From positions 1 through 37,983 of the forward strand of contig JANWXG010000001.1 of the NCBI GenBank assembly GCA_025057335.1: 37,983 bases of DNA, written 5' to 3'. Positions 1 to 9,738 of this stretch are shown piece by piece. The notes under the pieces were generated by a model. The model was not told the DNA's origin and made no database searches. It worked only from the letters and a program-made list of their open reading frames with translations. Source of the stretch: a bacterium. Lineage in GTDB: Bacteria > Armatimonadota > HRBIN16. A program made the position numbers and the translations under genes. Each line of letters opens with the position of its first letter. Position 1 is the first letter of the stretch.

Positions 1-650
<650 letters not shown>

Positions 651-702
651 TCATAACATAAAACAGGGCGAGGCGCACACCTCGCCCTGCGCCCAGAGGC
701 GC

Positions 703-2085
703 CTAATGCCCGCTACCGCCTCCGCCTTCCAGTTGGATGGCGCGGTAGCCTCCGATGGAGCGATAATACAGGAATTGCAAGCCAAACAGCACCACCAGAA
801 TCACGGGCAGGATAGCGACGTAACGGAAGGTCATCGCCGCCCCCTGACGCAGCGCCTCCTTAATGACTTTCGCTTGCTCCGCCGCGGTGGCATCGCCCTG
901 CTCCGCTCTCTGGATAATCTCCTGCGATTTCTCCGGGCTGAACTTACCGTCCACCACGACGACCTGTCGGATTTCGGGGGTAAGGTGCTGGATGGTGTGG
1001 TGGTCATAGATGCGTCCCATCGTGGGTCCTGCCACGCCCGCAGCGATCATCCCTGTAGCGCCCATTACCGCTAGCAGGAACTCGCCTCCGCGCGGGTACC
1101 GCTCCGAGGTGATGCCCAGCATGGTGGGCCAGAAGTACGCCTTGCCGATACCGAACACTGTTGCCGCTGCAAAGGCGGCGCCCGCAGTGAAGGAATAGCT
1201 TAGCCAGTACAGCCCAGCTGCTGCCAGCACGGCGCATATCGCTAACAGCCCCACTGGCGTGAAGAACCTCGCGAGAGGTCCAGCAAACAGACGCAGCACA
1301 AACATCAAGCCCGCCGTATATACCAGGAACAGGATGCCGCGAATGCCTACTGTGTCGGTCAGCACGGAGCCGACCCACTGGTCAGGACCCAGTTCGGTGA
1401 TGGCAGTCATACACATGCACAGCATTAGCAGCAAGACGCCTGGACGCAGTATCTCTTTAAACATGTCTGCAGTGGAGACGCCTGAGGCAGCGCGCTCGGT
1501 GGGCGGAAACTTCTCCGTCCAGATCATCGCCCCGTAGATGAGGGCGGGGATGATAATCATACCGTAGCGCACCTGCCAGCCTGCCTGGAACAGCTCCGCC
1601 AGCGCCGCGGTGAGCAGACCGCCGATAACTAGCCCTCCAGGCCACCAGGCATGTAACACGTTCAGCTTATGCGTCTTGTCCTCGGGATACATGGTAGCTG
1701 CCAGTGGGTTGATGACCGCCTCCACCGTGCCGTTCGCTAAGCCAATCAGCAGGGTGGACGCCAACAAGATAGGGAAGCCGAACTGTGGCGACAGGATGGT
1801 AAAGGCGACCCCTAAAATGTGTCCGATGCACGCCAGCTTCAGCAGCCTGCCCATGCCGATGATGTTACACAGGGGTCCGACAATCAGGATGGCTATGGGG
1901 AAGCCCCAGATGCCCATCAGGTTCACGATGCCCTGTTGCTCATGGCTGATGTCGAAGGCGACCCCCAACTCCTTCAGAATGTCTGCACGAATGGAGAAAG
2001 CCATCGCCGTGGTGACCAGCGCGATGCAGCTGGCGACGAACAGCTTCTGGCGATGGTAGGTCTCGGAAGAACCGTGTGCGTTCAA
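703..2085 (-). CDS. MFS (major facilitator superfamily) transporter, sugar/fucose-permease-like
   Basis: 460-aa ORF with about 12 hydrophobic segments and an MFS-like pattern (GPLCNIIGMGRLL, LLIGLANGTVEAVINP). TTG start at 2085 is preceded by AAGGAGG 7 nt upstream on the minus strand. Confidence 0.85.
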   Translation of the reverse strand: MNAHGSSETYHRQKLFVASCIALVTTAMAFSIRADILKELGVAFDISHEQQGIVNLMGIWGFPIAILIVGPLCNIIGMGRLLKLACIGHILGVAFTILSPQFGFPILLASTLLIGLANGTVEAVINPLAATMYPEDKTHKLNVLHAWWPGGLVIGGLLTAALAELFQAGWQVRYGMIIIPALIYGAMIWTEKFPPTERAASGVSTADMFKEILRPGVLLLMLCMCMTAITELGPDQWVGSVLTDTVGIRGILFLVYTAGLMFVLRLFAGPLARFFTPVGLLAICAVLAAAGLYWLSYSFTAGAAFAAATVFGIGKAYFWPTMLGITSERYPRGGEFLLAVMGATGMIAAGVAGPTMGRIYDHHTIQHLTPEIRQVVVVDGKFSPEKSQEIIQRAEQGDATAAEQAKVIKEALRQGAAMTFRYVAILPVILVVLFGLQFLYYRSIGGYRAIQLEGGGGSGH

Positions 2086-2178
2086 CTCCCTGCCTCCTTT
2101 GATGGAAATGTATTTACCCCTCTACCTCTTAGGCTGACTGTACATTCTCGCCGACTATCTCCTTCCCCTGCTCCCCAA

Positions 2179-2208
2179 TTGCAGCGGAGTGTCTGCCCAT
2201 GTTACAAT
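2179..2208 (+). promoter_or_regulatory. Candidate sigma70-type promoter for the SRPBCC gene
   Basis: TTGCAG (2179-2184), 18-nt spacer, TACAAT (2203-2208), about 30 nt upstream of ATG 2239. Confidence 0.4.
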
Positions 2209-2238
2209 GGAGGCGAGAAGAGGAGGAGGTTCGTTGCC

Positions 2239-2700
2239 ATGCCGGTGATCAAGCAGAGTATCTGGATTCAGGCGCCTGTGGAGAAGGTGTACGCAATTGC
2301 CCGTGAGGTAGAGCGTTTCCCTGAGGTGATGCCTGACCTAGAGTCAGTGAAGGTTTTGGAGCGAAGCGAAGACGGTTCGCGCACCGTCACCGAGTGGACA
2401 GGGCTGGTGCGGGAATTCAACAACATGCGTGTGAAGTGGACAGAGGAAGACCTCTGGGACGACGCCGAACACACCTGTCGGTTTCGCTTGCTCAAAGGCG
2501 ACCTGCAGCGGATGGAGGGTGAGTGGCGTTTCGTCGAGGAGAACGGTGGCACGCGCTTCCTCTCCCGCCTGGAGTACGAGTACAACGTGCCGCTGCTGGG
2601 GGCGCTGGTCAAGAACCTCATCCACAAGAAGCTAGAAGAGAACGTGCAGATGGTGCTGGAAGGCATCCGCAGGCGAGCGGAAGAGGGGCTACATGCCTGA
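2239..2700 (+). CDS. SRPBCC superfamily protein (polyketide cyclase/dehydrase, START/RatA-like fold)
   Basis: ATG 2239 follows AGGAGGAGG. The 153-aa sequence MPVIKQSIWIQAPVEKVYAIAREVERFPEVMPDLESVKVLERSEDG...GEWRFVEENGGTRF is typical of cyclase/dehydrase family proteins. The upstream part of track ORF 1819..2700 overlaps the MFS gene and is not coding. Confidence 0.8.
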   Translation: MPVIKQSIWIQAPVEKVYAIAREVERFPEVMPDLESVKVLERSEDGSRTVTEWTGLVREFNNMRVKWTEEDLWDDAEHTCRFRLLKGDLQRMEGEWRFVEENGGTRFLSRLEYEYNVPLLGALVKNLIHKKLEENVQMVLEGIRRRAEEGLHA

Positions 2701-2946
2701 CGGATGGTGCTCTACCCCTTGGAGCAGCTGTTGCACCTCGTTCAGTATCTCGACAATCCTATCCGTCGCCTCGAGGATACGCTGCACGTATCCCTGTTGC
2801 TGTGGAGTGAGGTCTTCGTCGCCTAACAGTTCAGCGAAGCCGACAATGGCGGTCAACGGGGCGCGGATGTCGTGGCGCAGTCGTGTGAGCACGGCGTTGC
2901 GCACTTCGTGCCAGCGGGCAGGCGTCCCAGAAACGTTGCCTGGCAT
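2689..2946 (-). CDS. Stand-alone HisKA (DHp, phosphoacceptor) domain protein with no HATPase_c domain
   Basis: 85 aa. H-box RLRHDIRAPLTAIVGFAELL is followed by a second helix (QQGYVQRILEATDRIVEILNEVQQLL). GAGGAGG lies 8 nt upstream of ATG 2946. The 3' end overlaps the convergent SRPBCC gene by 12 nt. Confidence 0.7.
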   Translation of the reverse strand: MPGNVSGTPARWHEVRNAVLTRLRHDIRAPLTAIVGFAELLGDEDLTPQQQGYVQRILEATDRIVEILNEVQQLLQGVEHHPSGM

Positions 2947-2998
2947 GGGCGGGAACCTCCTCGCAAGAGATGGCTTCTGATAAAGAGTATAGCAGCTC

Positions 2999-4096
2999 GT
3001 GCAGGGAGAGACCAGTGGGCAAAGAAGTGAGCGGAGCCAGATGAGCGAAGAGCAGCTCCAATGGTGGCAGAAGATGCTCTTGCCGTTTTCGGTGCTGTAT
3101 GCTGCGGGACTGGAGGTCTATTTGTGGTGGAGGCTGCCTCGACAGTTCCGAGCGCAGGCAGTGGTGATTTCGGTAGGCAACCTGTCGTTGGGGGGAACGG
3201 GCAAAACGCCGACGGTCATCGCCATCTGCCGCTACTTGCAGCAGAGCGGACGGAAGGTAGGCATCCTCAGCCGGGGGTATGGCGGCACCATGAGCCGCGC
3301 GGGCGGAGTAGTCTCCGACGGACAACGGGTACTGGCGACCGCAGCCGAAGCGGGAGACGAACCGTTGCTGCTTGCCCGAAAGCTGCCCGGAGTGGTAGTG
3401 CTGGTAGGCAAGGATCGCCGTAAGACCGCCCGCCGAGCAGTGGAACAGTTCGGGTGTGAGGTTCTGGTACTGGATGACGGGTTCCAGTACTGGCAACTGC
3501 ATCGCGATGTGGACCTGGTGTTGTTAGATGGAAAGCGCCCCTTCGGGAACGGCTGGACGCTGCCCGCGGGCACGTTACGCGAACCCGCCATACACCTGCA
3601 GCGCGCCCATGCACTGCTAATACAGGGAGGCTCCGCTCAAAGTATCACGCAGAGCTTTCCTCTTCTCCCGTGCTTCCTCTGGCAAAAGTCTCCCGTCAGC
3701 ATTCGTTCACTCTACCATGTCCACACCTGCTCCCCCGCGCATCTCCTACAGGGTAAGCGAGTGTTCGCCTTAGCAGCTATCGCCAGTTTCGACTCGTTCC
3801 CCGCCCTACTCGCCCAACTGGGCGCGCAGATAGCCGGCACGTGGAGCTTACCAGACCATTATCGCTACACTGCCCGTGACGTGACTGAGGCGCAACAGCG
3901 TGCGCGTGCCTGTCGCGCAGACGCCATCGTGGTGACAGAGAAGGATGCGGTTAAACTGGAGGAGATGGACAGCCTGCCGCAAGAGATACCCTTCTGGGTG
4001 CTGGATATCGAGGCGCAGTTCTCCCAGGGGTTTTGGCGCTGGCTGGACGCCCAGATACGCACTGCAGAGCATGCCCATGCGCATCAGACCGTTTGA
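2999..4096 (+). CDS. lpxK: Tetraacyldisaccharide 4'-kinase (lipid A biosynthesis)
   Basis: P-loop context VISVGNLSLGGTGKTPTVI plus ILSRGYGG are characteristic LpxK motifs. The start is uncertain: GTG 2999 or ATG 3042 (MSEEQLQWW). Confidence 0.85.
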   Translation: MQGETSGQRSERSQMSEEQLQWWQKMLLPFSVLYAAGLEVYLWWRLPRQFRAQAVVISVGNLSLGGTGKTPTVIAICRYLQQSGRKVGILSRGYGGTMSRAGGVVSDGQRVLATAAEAGDEPLLLARKLPGVVVLVGKDRRKTARRAVEQFGCEVLVLDDGFQYWQLHRDVDLVLLDGKRPFGNGWTLPAGTLREPAIHLQRAHALLIQGGSAQSITQSFPLLPCFLWQKSPVSIRSLYHVHTCSPAHLLQGKRVFALAAIASFDSFPALLAQLGAQIAGTWSLPDHYRYTARDVTEAQQRARACRADAIVVTEKDAVKLEEMDSLPQEIPFWVLDIEAQFSQGFWRWLDAQIRTAEHAHAHQTV

Positions 4097-4107
4097 AGGG
4101 AGGCCGG

Positions 4108-4662
4108 GTGCTAAAGAGAGACATGATGCCACCGTTACCTCATGCCCCGCAGGCGCTGCGTCTGGCGCGTCGTGCACTGGAGGCAGCAGCCCGCGGTGAA
4201 CAATACCGCCTGCCCGATAACCTGCCCCCCGAATGGACGTCGCGCCGTGCGGGAGTATTCCTCACGCTGATACGGCGGAACCGGCTGCGCGCCTGTTGGG
4301 GTACCCTAGAGCCGCAGCAACGCCACGTGGCGGAGGAGATTGTCGCGGTGGCACAGGGGGTGCTCACGCGCGACAAGCGCTTTCCGCCCCTGCGTGCGGA
4401 CGAAATCGGGGAGGTGCGTCTCATCCTGACGCTTGTCGTTAGCCCGCCCCAACCTGCTTCCCCTGTCCAAATCCAACCGCGCGAGCACGGAGTGCTGGTG
4501 CGACGCGGAGAGCGCAGTGCAGTCGTGCTCCCGCACGAAGGACGCACGGTGCGCCGCATGTTGAGCATGGCGAAGCAGAAGGCAGGTATTCGCGCAGGAG
4601 AGCCGATAGAGGTGTATGTGTTCCGAGTATACTCTGTACAAGAACCTCCTCTCACGCGCTAG
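4108..4662 (+). CDS. AMMECR1 domain protein
   Basis: GVFLTLIRRNRLRACWGTLEP resembles the AMMECR1 LRGCIG core. GTG 4108 lies 5 nt after GAAGGGAGG; ATG 4123 or 4126 are alternatives. The track ORF start at 4033 overlaps lpxK. Confidence 0.75.
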   Translation: MLKRDMMPPLPHAPQALRLARRALEAAARGEQYRLPDNLPPEWTSRRAGVFLTLIRRNRLRACWGTLEPQQRHVAEEIVAVAQGVLTRDKRFPPLRADEIGEVRLILTLVVSPPQPASPVQIQPREHGVLVRRGERSAVVLPHEGRTVRRMLSMAKQKAGIRAGEPIEVYVFRVYSVQEPPLTR

Positions 4663-4745
4663 GGGACCAGCATCCGCAAAGGCATCGCTGCAGGCAACGA
4701 GGAGGCAGACCGATAGGTCCGCCCCCCGAGTCGCGGCTGCTTCAG

Positions 4746-5123
4746 CTACATCGCCTTGTTAACGATGTCGCTCAGCGACACCACGCCTAACAGCTGGTGT
4801 TCGCCGATAACAGGTGCCCGGGACAGCCCCGTGTTGGCAAGCAACCGCGCCACGTACTTCACGTCCAGATTGGGATTGACTACCACCAGTGGCTTGGACA
4901 TTACTTCGTGCACCTGCACCGATTGTGGGTCGAGCCCCTTAGCGACGACTTTGTACACGATGTCGCGTTGGGTGAGGATGCCGTAGGCGTCGTCCTCACT
5001 GCGTCGCTCCACAATCAGCGAGCGCACCCCCTTCTCCTTCATCAGCGCGACCGCTTCCGCCACGGTGGCGGTGCCCTGAATGGTGACCACCTCGGTGGTC
5101 ATGATGTCTTTCGCTTTTGGCAT
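4746..5123 (-). CDS. CBS-pair domain protein
   Basis: MPKAKDIMTTEVVTIQGTATVAEAVALMKEKGVRSLIV...VHEVMSKPLVVVNPNLDVKYVARLLANTGLSRAPVI shows two CBS motifs. ATG at 5123 follows a G-rich RBS. Confidence 0.85.
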   Translation of the reverse strand: MPKAKDIMTTEVVTIQGTATVAEAVALMKEKGVRSLIVERRSEDDAYGILTQRDIVYKVVAKGLDPQSVQVHEVMSKPLVVVNPNLDVKYVARLLANTGLSRAPVIGEHQLLGVVSLSDIVNKAM

Positions 5124-5319
5124 GGTAAGCCCCCCCTTTCGCGCGTGCTGGGATATGTTGACCTGCACGATATGAGCCGGGCAACCTCTTTTCATTTGTT
5201 TTGCGGGAGCTCTAGCAAATCTATTATACGATGTGACGCCAAGAAAAGCAACAGACTCCTATCGATACCGCAGCCGCGCTCAGCATGCCCGCAAGAGCCT
5301 AGCTGTTGCGCGAGTTATC

Positions 5320-5350
5320 TTGCACACGACATGGCGTTGTGGTGTATTAT
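5320..5350 (+). promoter_or_regulatory. Weak candidate promoter for the ABC ATPase gene
   Basis: TTGCAC (5320-5325), 19-nt spacer, TATTAT (5345-5350) with TG immediately upstream. The spacer is longer than optimal. Confidence 0.25.
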
Positions 5351-5376
5351 AAGAGGGACGTCTGGGAGGTGCGTAC

Positions 5377-6390
5377 ATGGCAATCATCGAGGTGGAGCGG
5401 CTCTCGAAGACATACGTAACCCACAAGAGAGAGCAAGGGGCGCTCGGCGCGTTGCGCAGCCTCATCACTCGTCAGAAGGTGGAAGTGCACGCGGTGCAGG
5501 AGGTTTCCTTCAGCATCGAGGAAGGGGAGTTAGTCGGCTTTCTCGGCCCCAATGGTGCGGGCAAGACTACGACGCTGAAGATGCTTTCCGGGATTCTCTA
5601 CCCCACCTCAGGACGAGCGACGGTGATGGGCTACGTGCCTTGGGAGCGTAAGCCTGCCTTTCAGAAGCAGATGTCCATCGTGATGGGTCAAAAAATGCAG
5701 CTCTGGTGGGACCTGCCAGCGTATGAGAGCTTCATCCTGTTGAAGGAGCTGTATGAGGTAGATGACCGCACCTTCGAGCGGCGCGTGCACGAACTGGCGG
5801 AGATGCTGGACATCCTCAAGTTGCTGCACACGCAGGTGAGGCGCATGAGCTTGGGCGAACGCATGAAATGCGAGCTGCTCGCAGCGTTGTTACATGCTCC
5901 CCGGGTAGTGTTTTTGGATGAGCCGACCATCGGGCTCGACGTGGTGTCGCAGAAGCGTATCCGCGAGTTTCTCAAGGAGTACAACCGACAGGCAAAGACC
6001 ACCATTCTGCTTACCTCGCACTACATGCAGGATATTCAGGAGCTATGCGAACGAGTGATTATCATTGACCACGGACGAATCATCTTCGACAACACCTTAC
6101 AGACCCTGGTGGAGCAGTATTCCGACAGCAAGTTGCTCAAGCTCACCTTTGACCGCCCGGTGGCGCGTGAACAGTTAGAGCGGTTTGGCGTGGTTTGCAG
6201 TATGGACGAGCTGCGAGCGGTGCTCGAGGTGCCACGGGCGCGCACAACGCAGATTGCCTCGCAAGTACTGGCGGAGTTGCCCGTGGTCGACATCGTCATC
6301 GATGAGGTGGAAGCAGAAGAGGTCATTCGCGATATCTTCGCAGGGCGCGCTCGCTTGGCGACCACTGCGCTGGAGGTTGCGGTCGAGTGA
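5377..6390 (+). CDS. ABC transporter ATP-binding protein (single NBD with a ~100-aa C-terminal extension, ABC-2/COG4586-like)
   Basis: Walker A GPNGAGKTTTLKML, signature-like MSLGERMK, Walker B VVFLDEPTIGLD and H-loop TSHYM are all present. Confidence 0.9.
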   Translation: MAIIEVERLSKTYVTHKREQGALGALRSLITRQKVEVHAVQEVSFSIEEGELVGFLGPNGAGKTTTLKMLSGILYPTSGRATVMGYVPWERKPAFQKQMSIVMGQKMQLWWDLPAYESFILLKELYEVDDRTFERRVHELAEMLDILKLLHTQVRRMSLGERMKCELLAALLHAPRVVFLDEPTIGLDVVSQKRIREFLKEYNRQAKTTILLTSHYMQDIQELCERVIIIDHGRIIFDNTLQTLVEQYSDSKLLKLTFDRPVAREQLERFGVVCSMDELRAVLEVPRARTTQIASQVLAELPVVDIVIDEVEAEEVIRDIFAGRARLATTALEVAVE

Positions 6391-7031
6391 CGCCCGCTCC
6401 ACTACGCTACCCCACGCAGACCCTGCACATCCCTCTGGGCGAGCAGACGTTTCGCGTGAGCGCCGTGCGCTGTATCGATGACCTGCTCACCGACACTACC
6501 CCTCCTGACGACATCCCCTTCTGGGCAGTGCTTTGGCACGCGGCGGTCGGGCTTAGCCAGTTTCTGTGCGAGCATCGCCATCTGGTCTGCGGCAAGCGGG
6601 TATTGGAGCTGGGGACAGGCCTCGGGTTGTGCGGTATCGTCGCGCGCTGGCTGGGTGGCAAGGTGACCGTGAACGACTACCAACCAAGCGCACTAGAGTT
6701 TGCCCTGTGGAACGCCGCGCAGAACGGGTTGCGCGACCTGCAGCCCCTGCTCGCAGACTGGCGTCGCTTCCCCAAGGTGCTACCGTTTGACCTGGTATTG
6801 GGAGCGGACATCCTCTACGAACGCCGCCTGCACCCCTCTCTCCAGCAGGTACTAAAGCAGGTGACTGGTACGGGCAGCCGCGTGCTGCTTGCCGACCCGT
6901 GGCGCGAGGTGGCGTGGGAGTTCCTCGTGGAAATGGAGCGGGATGGCTGGCGCGTCGACTTCGTAGAGCGTACCGTCTCTGTATTGGGCACAAGGCAAGA
7001 GGTGATTGTTTTCGAGCTGCATCCGCCTTAA
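6387..7031 (+). CDS. Class I SAM-dependent methyltransferase (Methyltransf_16 / protein-lysine methyltransferase-like)
   Basis: Motif I VLELGTGLGLCGIVA and post-I/II motifs (VTVNDYQ, DLVLGADILYE). The GTG start overlaps the ABC stop (GTGA). Confidence 0.75.
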   Translation: MTPAPLRYPTQTLHIPLGEQTFRVSAVRCIDDLLTDTTPPDDIPFWAVLWHAAVGLSQFLCEHRHLVCGKRVLELGTGLGLCGIVARWLGGKVTVNDYQPSALEFALWNAAQNGLRDLQPLLADWRRFPKVLPFDLVLGADILYERRLHPSLQQVLKQVTGTGSRVLLADPWREVAWEFLVEMERDGWRVDFVERTVSVLGTRQEVIVFELHPP

Positions 7032-7135
7032 TCCTGCCCGTTCCCGTCATCGAGGGCTCTGCGAGACAGCTGATGCGCGAAGGCGAGAGGAGAAGCAAAC
7101 CGAGCCGTCAGATGCCCGAACGCACCGTCTTCGGG

Positions 7136-7141
7136 TATAAT
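7136..7141 (+). promoter_or_regulatory. Candidate -10 box upstream of mnmG
   Basis: Perfect TATAAT 32 nt upstream of ATG 7173. No convincing -35 element. Confidence 0.3.
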
Positions 7142-7172
7142 ACGCTAGCAATCGCTGTGGAGATTAGTCGGC

Positions 7173-9062
7173 ATGAGCGGTAGCAGGTATGACGTCGTAG
7201 TGATAGGCGCAGGGCATGCGGGTTGTGAGGCGTCGCTTGCCGCAGCGCGAATGGGTTGTCACACGGCTGTGATTACGCTAGACCTCACCCGCGTGGCGCA
7301 CATGCCTTGCAACTGCTCCATCGGCGGTCCCGCCAAAGGGCACCTCGTGCGCGAGATCGACGCGCTAGGCGGGCAGATGGGCATTGCTATTGACCTCAAC
7401 CTGACGCATATCCGTCGCGTGGGGACGGGCAAAGGCCCCGCCATTCAGACGCTGCGCGCACATGCCGACAAGCAGCTCTACCCGCAGTATATGCGCCGCG
7501 TGCTGGAAACACAGCCCGGACTGGAGCTGGTGCAGGGCGAGGCGGTAGAGCTGCTGGTACACGACAACACTGTGCAGGGGGTGCGCCTGAAGGACGGAAG
7601 TGAGCTGCGCGCGAAGGCGGTAATCATCACCTCAGGCACCTTCCTGAACGGGCTTATCCACATTGGTGAAAAGCAGATACGCGCCGGGCGTGCAGGGGAA
7701 CCCCCCTCGGTTGGCTTGTCTGAATCGCTGCGCCAGCTGGGTTTTCGTCTGGGGCGGTTCAAGACGGGCACGACCCCGCGCATCGCGAGGGAGAGCGTGG
7801 ACTTCTCGCAGACGCAGCTGGTGCCCTCTGACCCCGATGCACCGCCTTTTTCGTTCGTGCATGACAGGCTGAATCCGCCGCGTCCACTCCTACCCTGCTG
7901 GCAGACTCGCACTACCGAGCAGACTCACCGCATCATCCGTGAGAACCTGCACCGCTCGGCGATGTACGGCGGCAGAATCGAGGGCATCGGACCGCGCTAC
8001 TGCCCCTCGATCGAAGACAAAATCGTCCGCTTTCCCGACAAGGAGTCGCATCCTGTCTTCCTAGAACAGGAAGGCTGGGAGACCAACGAGCTATACGTGC
8101 AGGGTATGAGCACTAGCCTGCCCGAGGAGGTGCAGCTGGCGTTCTTGCGCACGCTGCCTGGGCTAGAAGAGGTAGTGATGATTCGCCCCGGCTACGCGGT
8201 AGAGTACGACATGGTGTACCCCGACCAGCTGAAACCCACGCTGATGACGCATGCCGTGCAGGGACTGTTCCTAGCGGGGCAAATCAACGGCACTTCGGGC
8301 TACGAGGAGGCAGCGGCGCAGGGGCTCGTCGCGGGTATCAACGCCGCGCTTTACGTGCAGGGACGCGAGCCGATGGTGATCGAACGGCACATGGGCTACA
8401 TCGGTGTGCTGATTGACGACCTCATCACAAAGGGCGTGCAAGACCCCTACCGGATGCTCACTGCGCGAGCGGAGTTTCGCCTCGCCTTGCGCCACGACAA
8501 CGCTGACCTGCGCCTTACCCCCACTGGCAGGCGCGTAGGATTGGTGGACGACGCCCGCTGGACGCGGTTCATTGCCAAACAGGAAGCCATTGAGCGTGAG
8601 ACGCAACGGCTGAAGGCAACAACACTCACAGGCAAACACAATCCGCTACTACAACAGCATGGATTGGCGCCAGTGGACGGACCAACCAGCCTGTATGAGC
8701 TGCTGCGCCGCCCTGAGGTAACCTACGAGACACTGCTGCAACTGGTTCCTGTAGAGGCGCCTGCCTCGCGCGAGGTGGCAGAACAAGTCGAGCTCGCAGC
8801 CAAGTACGAGGGCTTCCTGCGTCGTCAGCAACAGCAGGTGGAGGAACATCAGCGCTTAGAGGGGCTGCTCATCCCTGAAGACACCGACTACCACGCGATA
8901 CGCGGCTTGTCACACGAGGGACGGGAGAAGCTGTTACGCGTGCGTCCACGCAGTGTCGGGCAGGCGTCGCGCATCCCCGGCATACGCCCATCAGATATCG
9001 CTGCCCTGCTAGTATACCTGCGAGCGACGCGCGAGCCTGTGCTCACGGCGTGTCAAGAGTGA
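7173..9062 (+). CDS. mnmG: tRNA uridine 5-carboxymethylaminomethyl modification enzyme MnmG (GidA)
   Basis: 629 aa. [26 protein letters not shown] motif, [24 protein letters not shown], and a conserved C-terminal SHEGREKL...[13 protein letters not shown]. Confidence 0.95.
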   Translation: MSGSRYDVVVIGAGHAGCEASLAAARMGCHTAVITLDLTRVAHMPCNCSIGGPAKGHLVREIDALGGQMGIAIDLNLTHIRRVGTGKGPAIQTLRAHADKQLYPQYMRRVLETQPGLELVQGEAVELLVHDNTVQGVRLKDGSELRAKAVIITSGTFLNGLIHIGEKQIRAGRAGEPPSVGLSESLRQLGFRLGRFKTGTTPRIARESVDFSQTQLVPSDPDAPPFSFVHDRLNPPRPLLPCWQTRTTEQTHRIIRENLHRSAMYGGRIEGIGPRYCPSIEDKIVRFPDKESHPVFLEQEGWETNELYVQGMSTSLPEEVQLAFLRTLPGLEEVVMIRPGYAVEYDMVYPDQLKPTLMTHAVQGLFLAGQINGTSGYEEAAAQGLVAGINAALYVQGREPMVIERHMGYIGVLIDDLITKGVQDPYRMLTARAEFRLALRHDNADLRLTPTGRRVGLVDDARWTRFIAKQEAIERETQRLKATTLTGKHNPLLQQHGLAPVDGPTSLYELLRRPEVTYETLLQLVPVEAPASREVAEQVELAAKYEGFLRRQQQQVEEHQRLEGLLIPEDTDYHAIRGLSHEGREKLLRVRPRSVGQASRIPGIRPSDIAALLVYLRATREPVLTACQE

Positions 9063-9169
9063 GCCTTGCCTCGCGACGAACCCACTAGAACTCGGCAGCA
9101 CTCTCTCCTGAGAATCGCTACGCCCCCTGCGTGTATCTATTCTGATGAAGAACATCGGAAAGGGTAACG

Positions 9170-9421
9170 GTGCCGATGAGCAATCAGCCACGAGTGATTG
9201 TGTTCTCCACGCCCAACTGTCCGTATTGTAATATGGCGAAGCGCTACCTGCGCGACCGGGGCATCCGCTTTCGCGACGTAGACGTCAGCCGCGACCCCGC
9301 CGCTGCGCGCGATATGGTGCGTCGGTCAGGTCAGCAGGGCGTGCCCGTCATCGATATCAACGGCAAAATCGTGGTCGGCTTCGACCGCGCTAAAATCGAC
9401 CAGCTGTTGGGACTGAAGTAA
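9170..9421 (+). CDS. Glutaredoxin-like small redox protein (YruB/NrdH-like) with a CPYC active site
   Basis: VIVFSTPNCPYCNMAKRYL...GVPVIDINGKIVVGFD; CPYC is encoded at 9218-9229. The start is GTG 9170 or ATG 9176. Confidence 0.85.
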   Translation: MPMSNQPRVIVFSTPNCPYCNMAKRYLRDRGIRFRDVDVSRDPAAARDMVRRSGQQGVPVIDINGKIVVGFDRAKIDQLLGLK

Positions 9422-9443
9422 ATCGCCACAGAGGAGGAAAGCG

Positions 9444-9734
9444 ATGAGCGAGCACACTACACCACCCATCCAGCCACTGGGTTCTCGTGTCCTGGTGCAG
9501 CCGATAGAGGAAGAGTCGCGCACAGCTGGGGGTATCTTTCTGCCCGATACCGCCAAGGAAAAGCCTCAGCTGGGCTTAGTGGTCGCCGTTGGCGACGATG
9601 AAGAAATCAAGGTTCAGGTGGGAGACAAGGTGATTTTCCCCAAGTACACAGGCACAGAGTTTCGCTATAATGGCACCGATTATCTGATTATGGAAGCGAA
9701 CGACATTCTGGCGAAACTCACGGAAGGGAGGTGA
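9444..9734 (+). CDS. groES: Co-chaperonin GroES (Hsp10)
   Basis: 96 aa. IQPLGSRVLVQPIEEESRTAGGIFLPDTAKEKPQLGLVVAVG...GDKVIFPKYTGTEF...YLIMEANDILA is the classic Cpn10 pattern including the mobile loop. Confidence 0.9.
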   Translation: MSEHTTPPIQPLGSRVLVQPIEEESRTAGGIFLPDTAKEKPQLGLVVAVGDDEEIKVQVGDKVIFPKYTGTEFRYNGTDYLIMEANDILAKLTEGR

Positions 9735-9738
9735 GGCG

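Noticed and set aside
1819-2238. Long N-terminal extension of the SRPBCC ORF (track start 1819)
   Set aside because: It overlaps the MFS gene on the opposite strand and has junk-like composition. A promoter-like element and a strong RBS sit just before ATG 2239.
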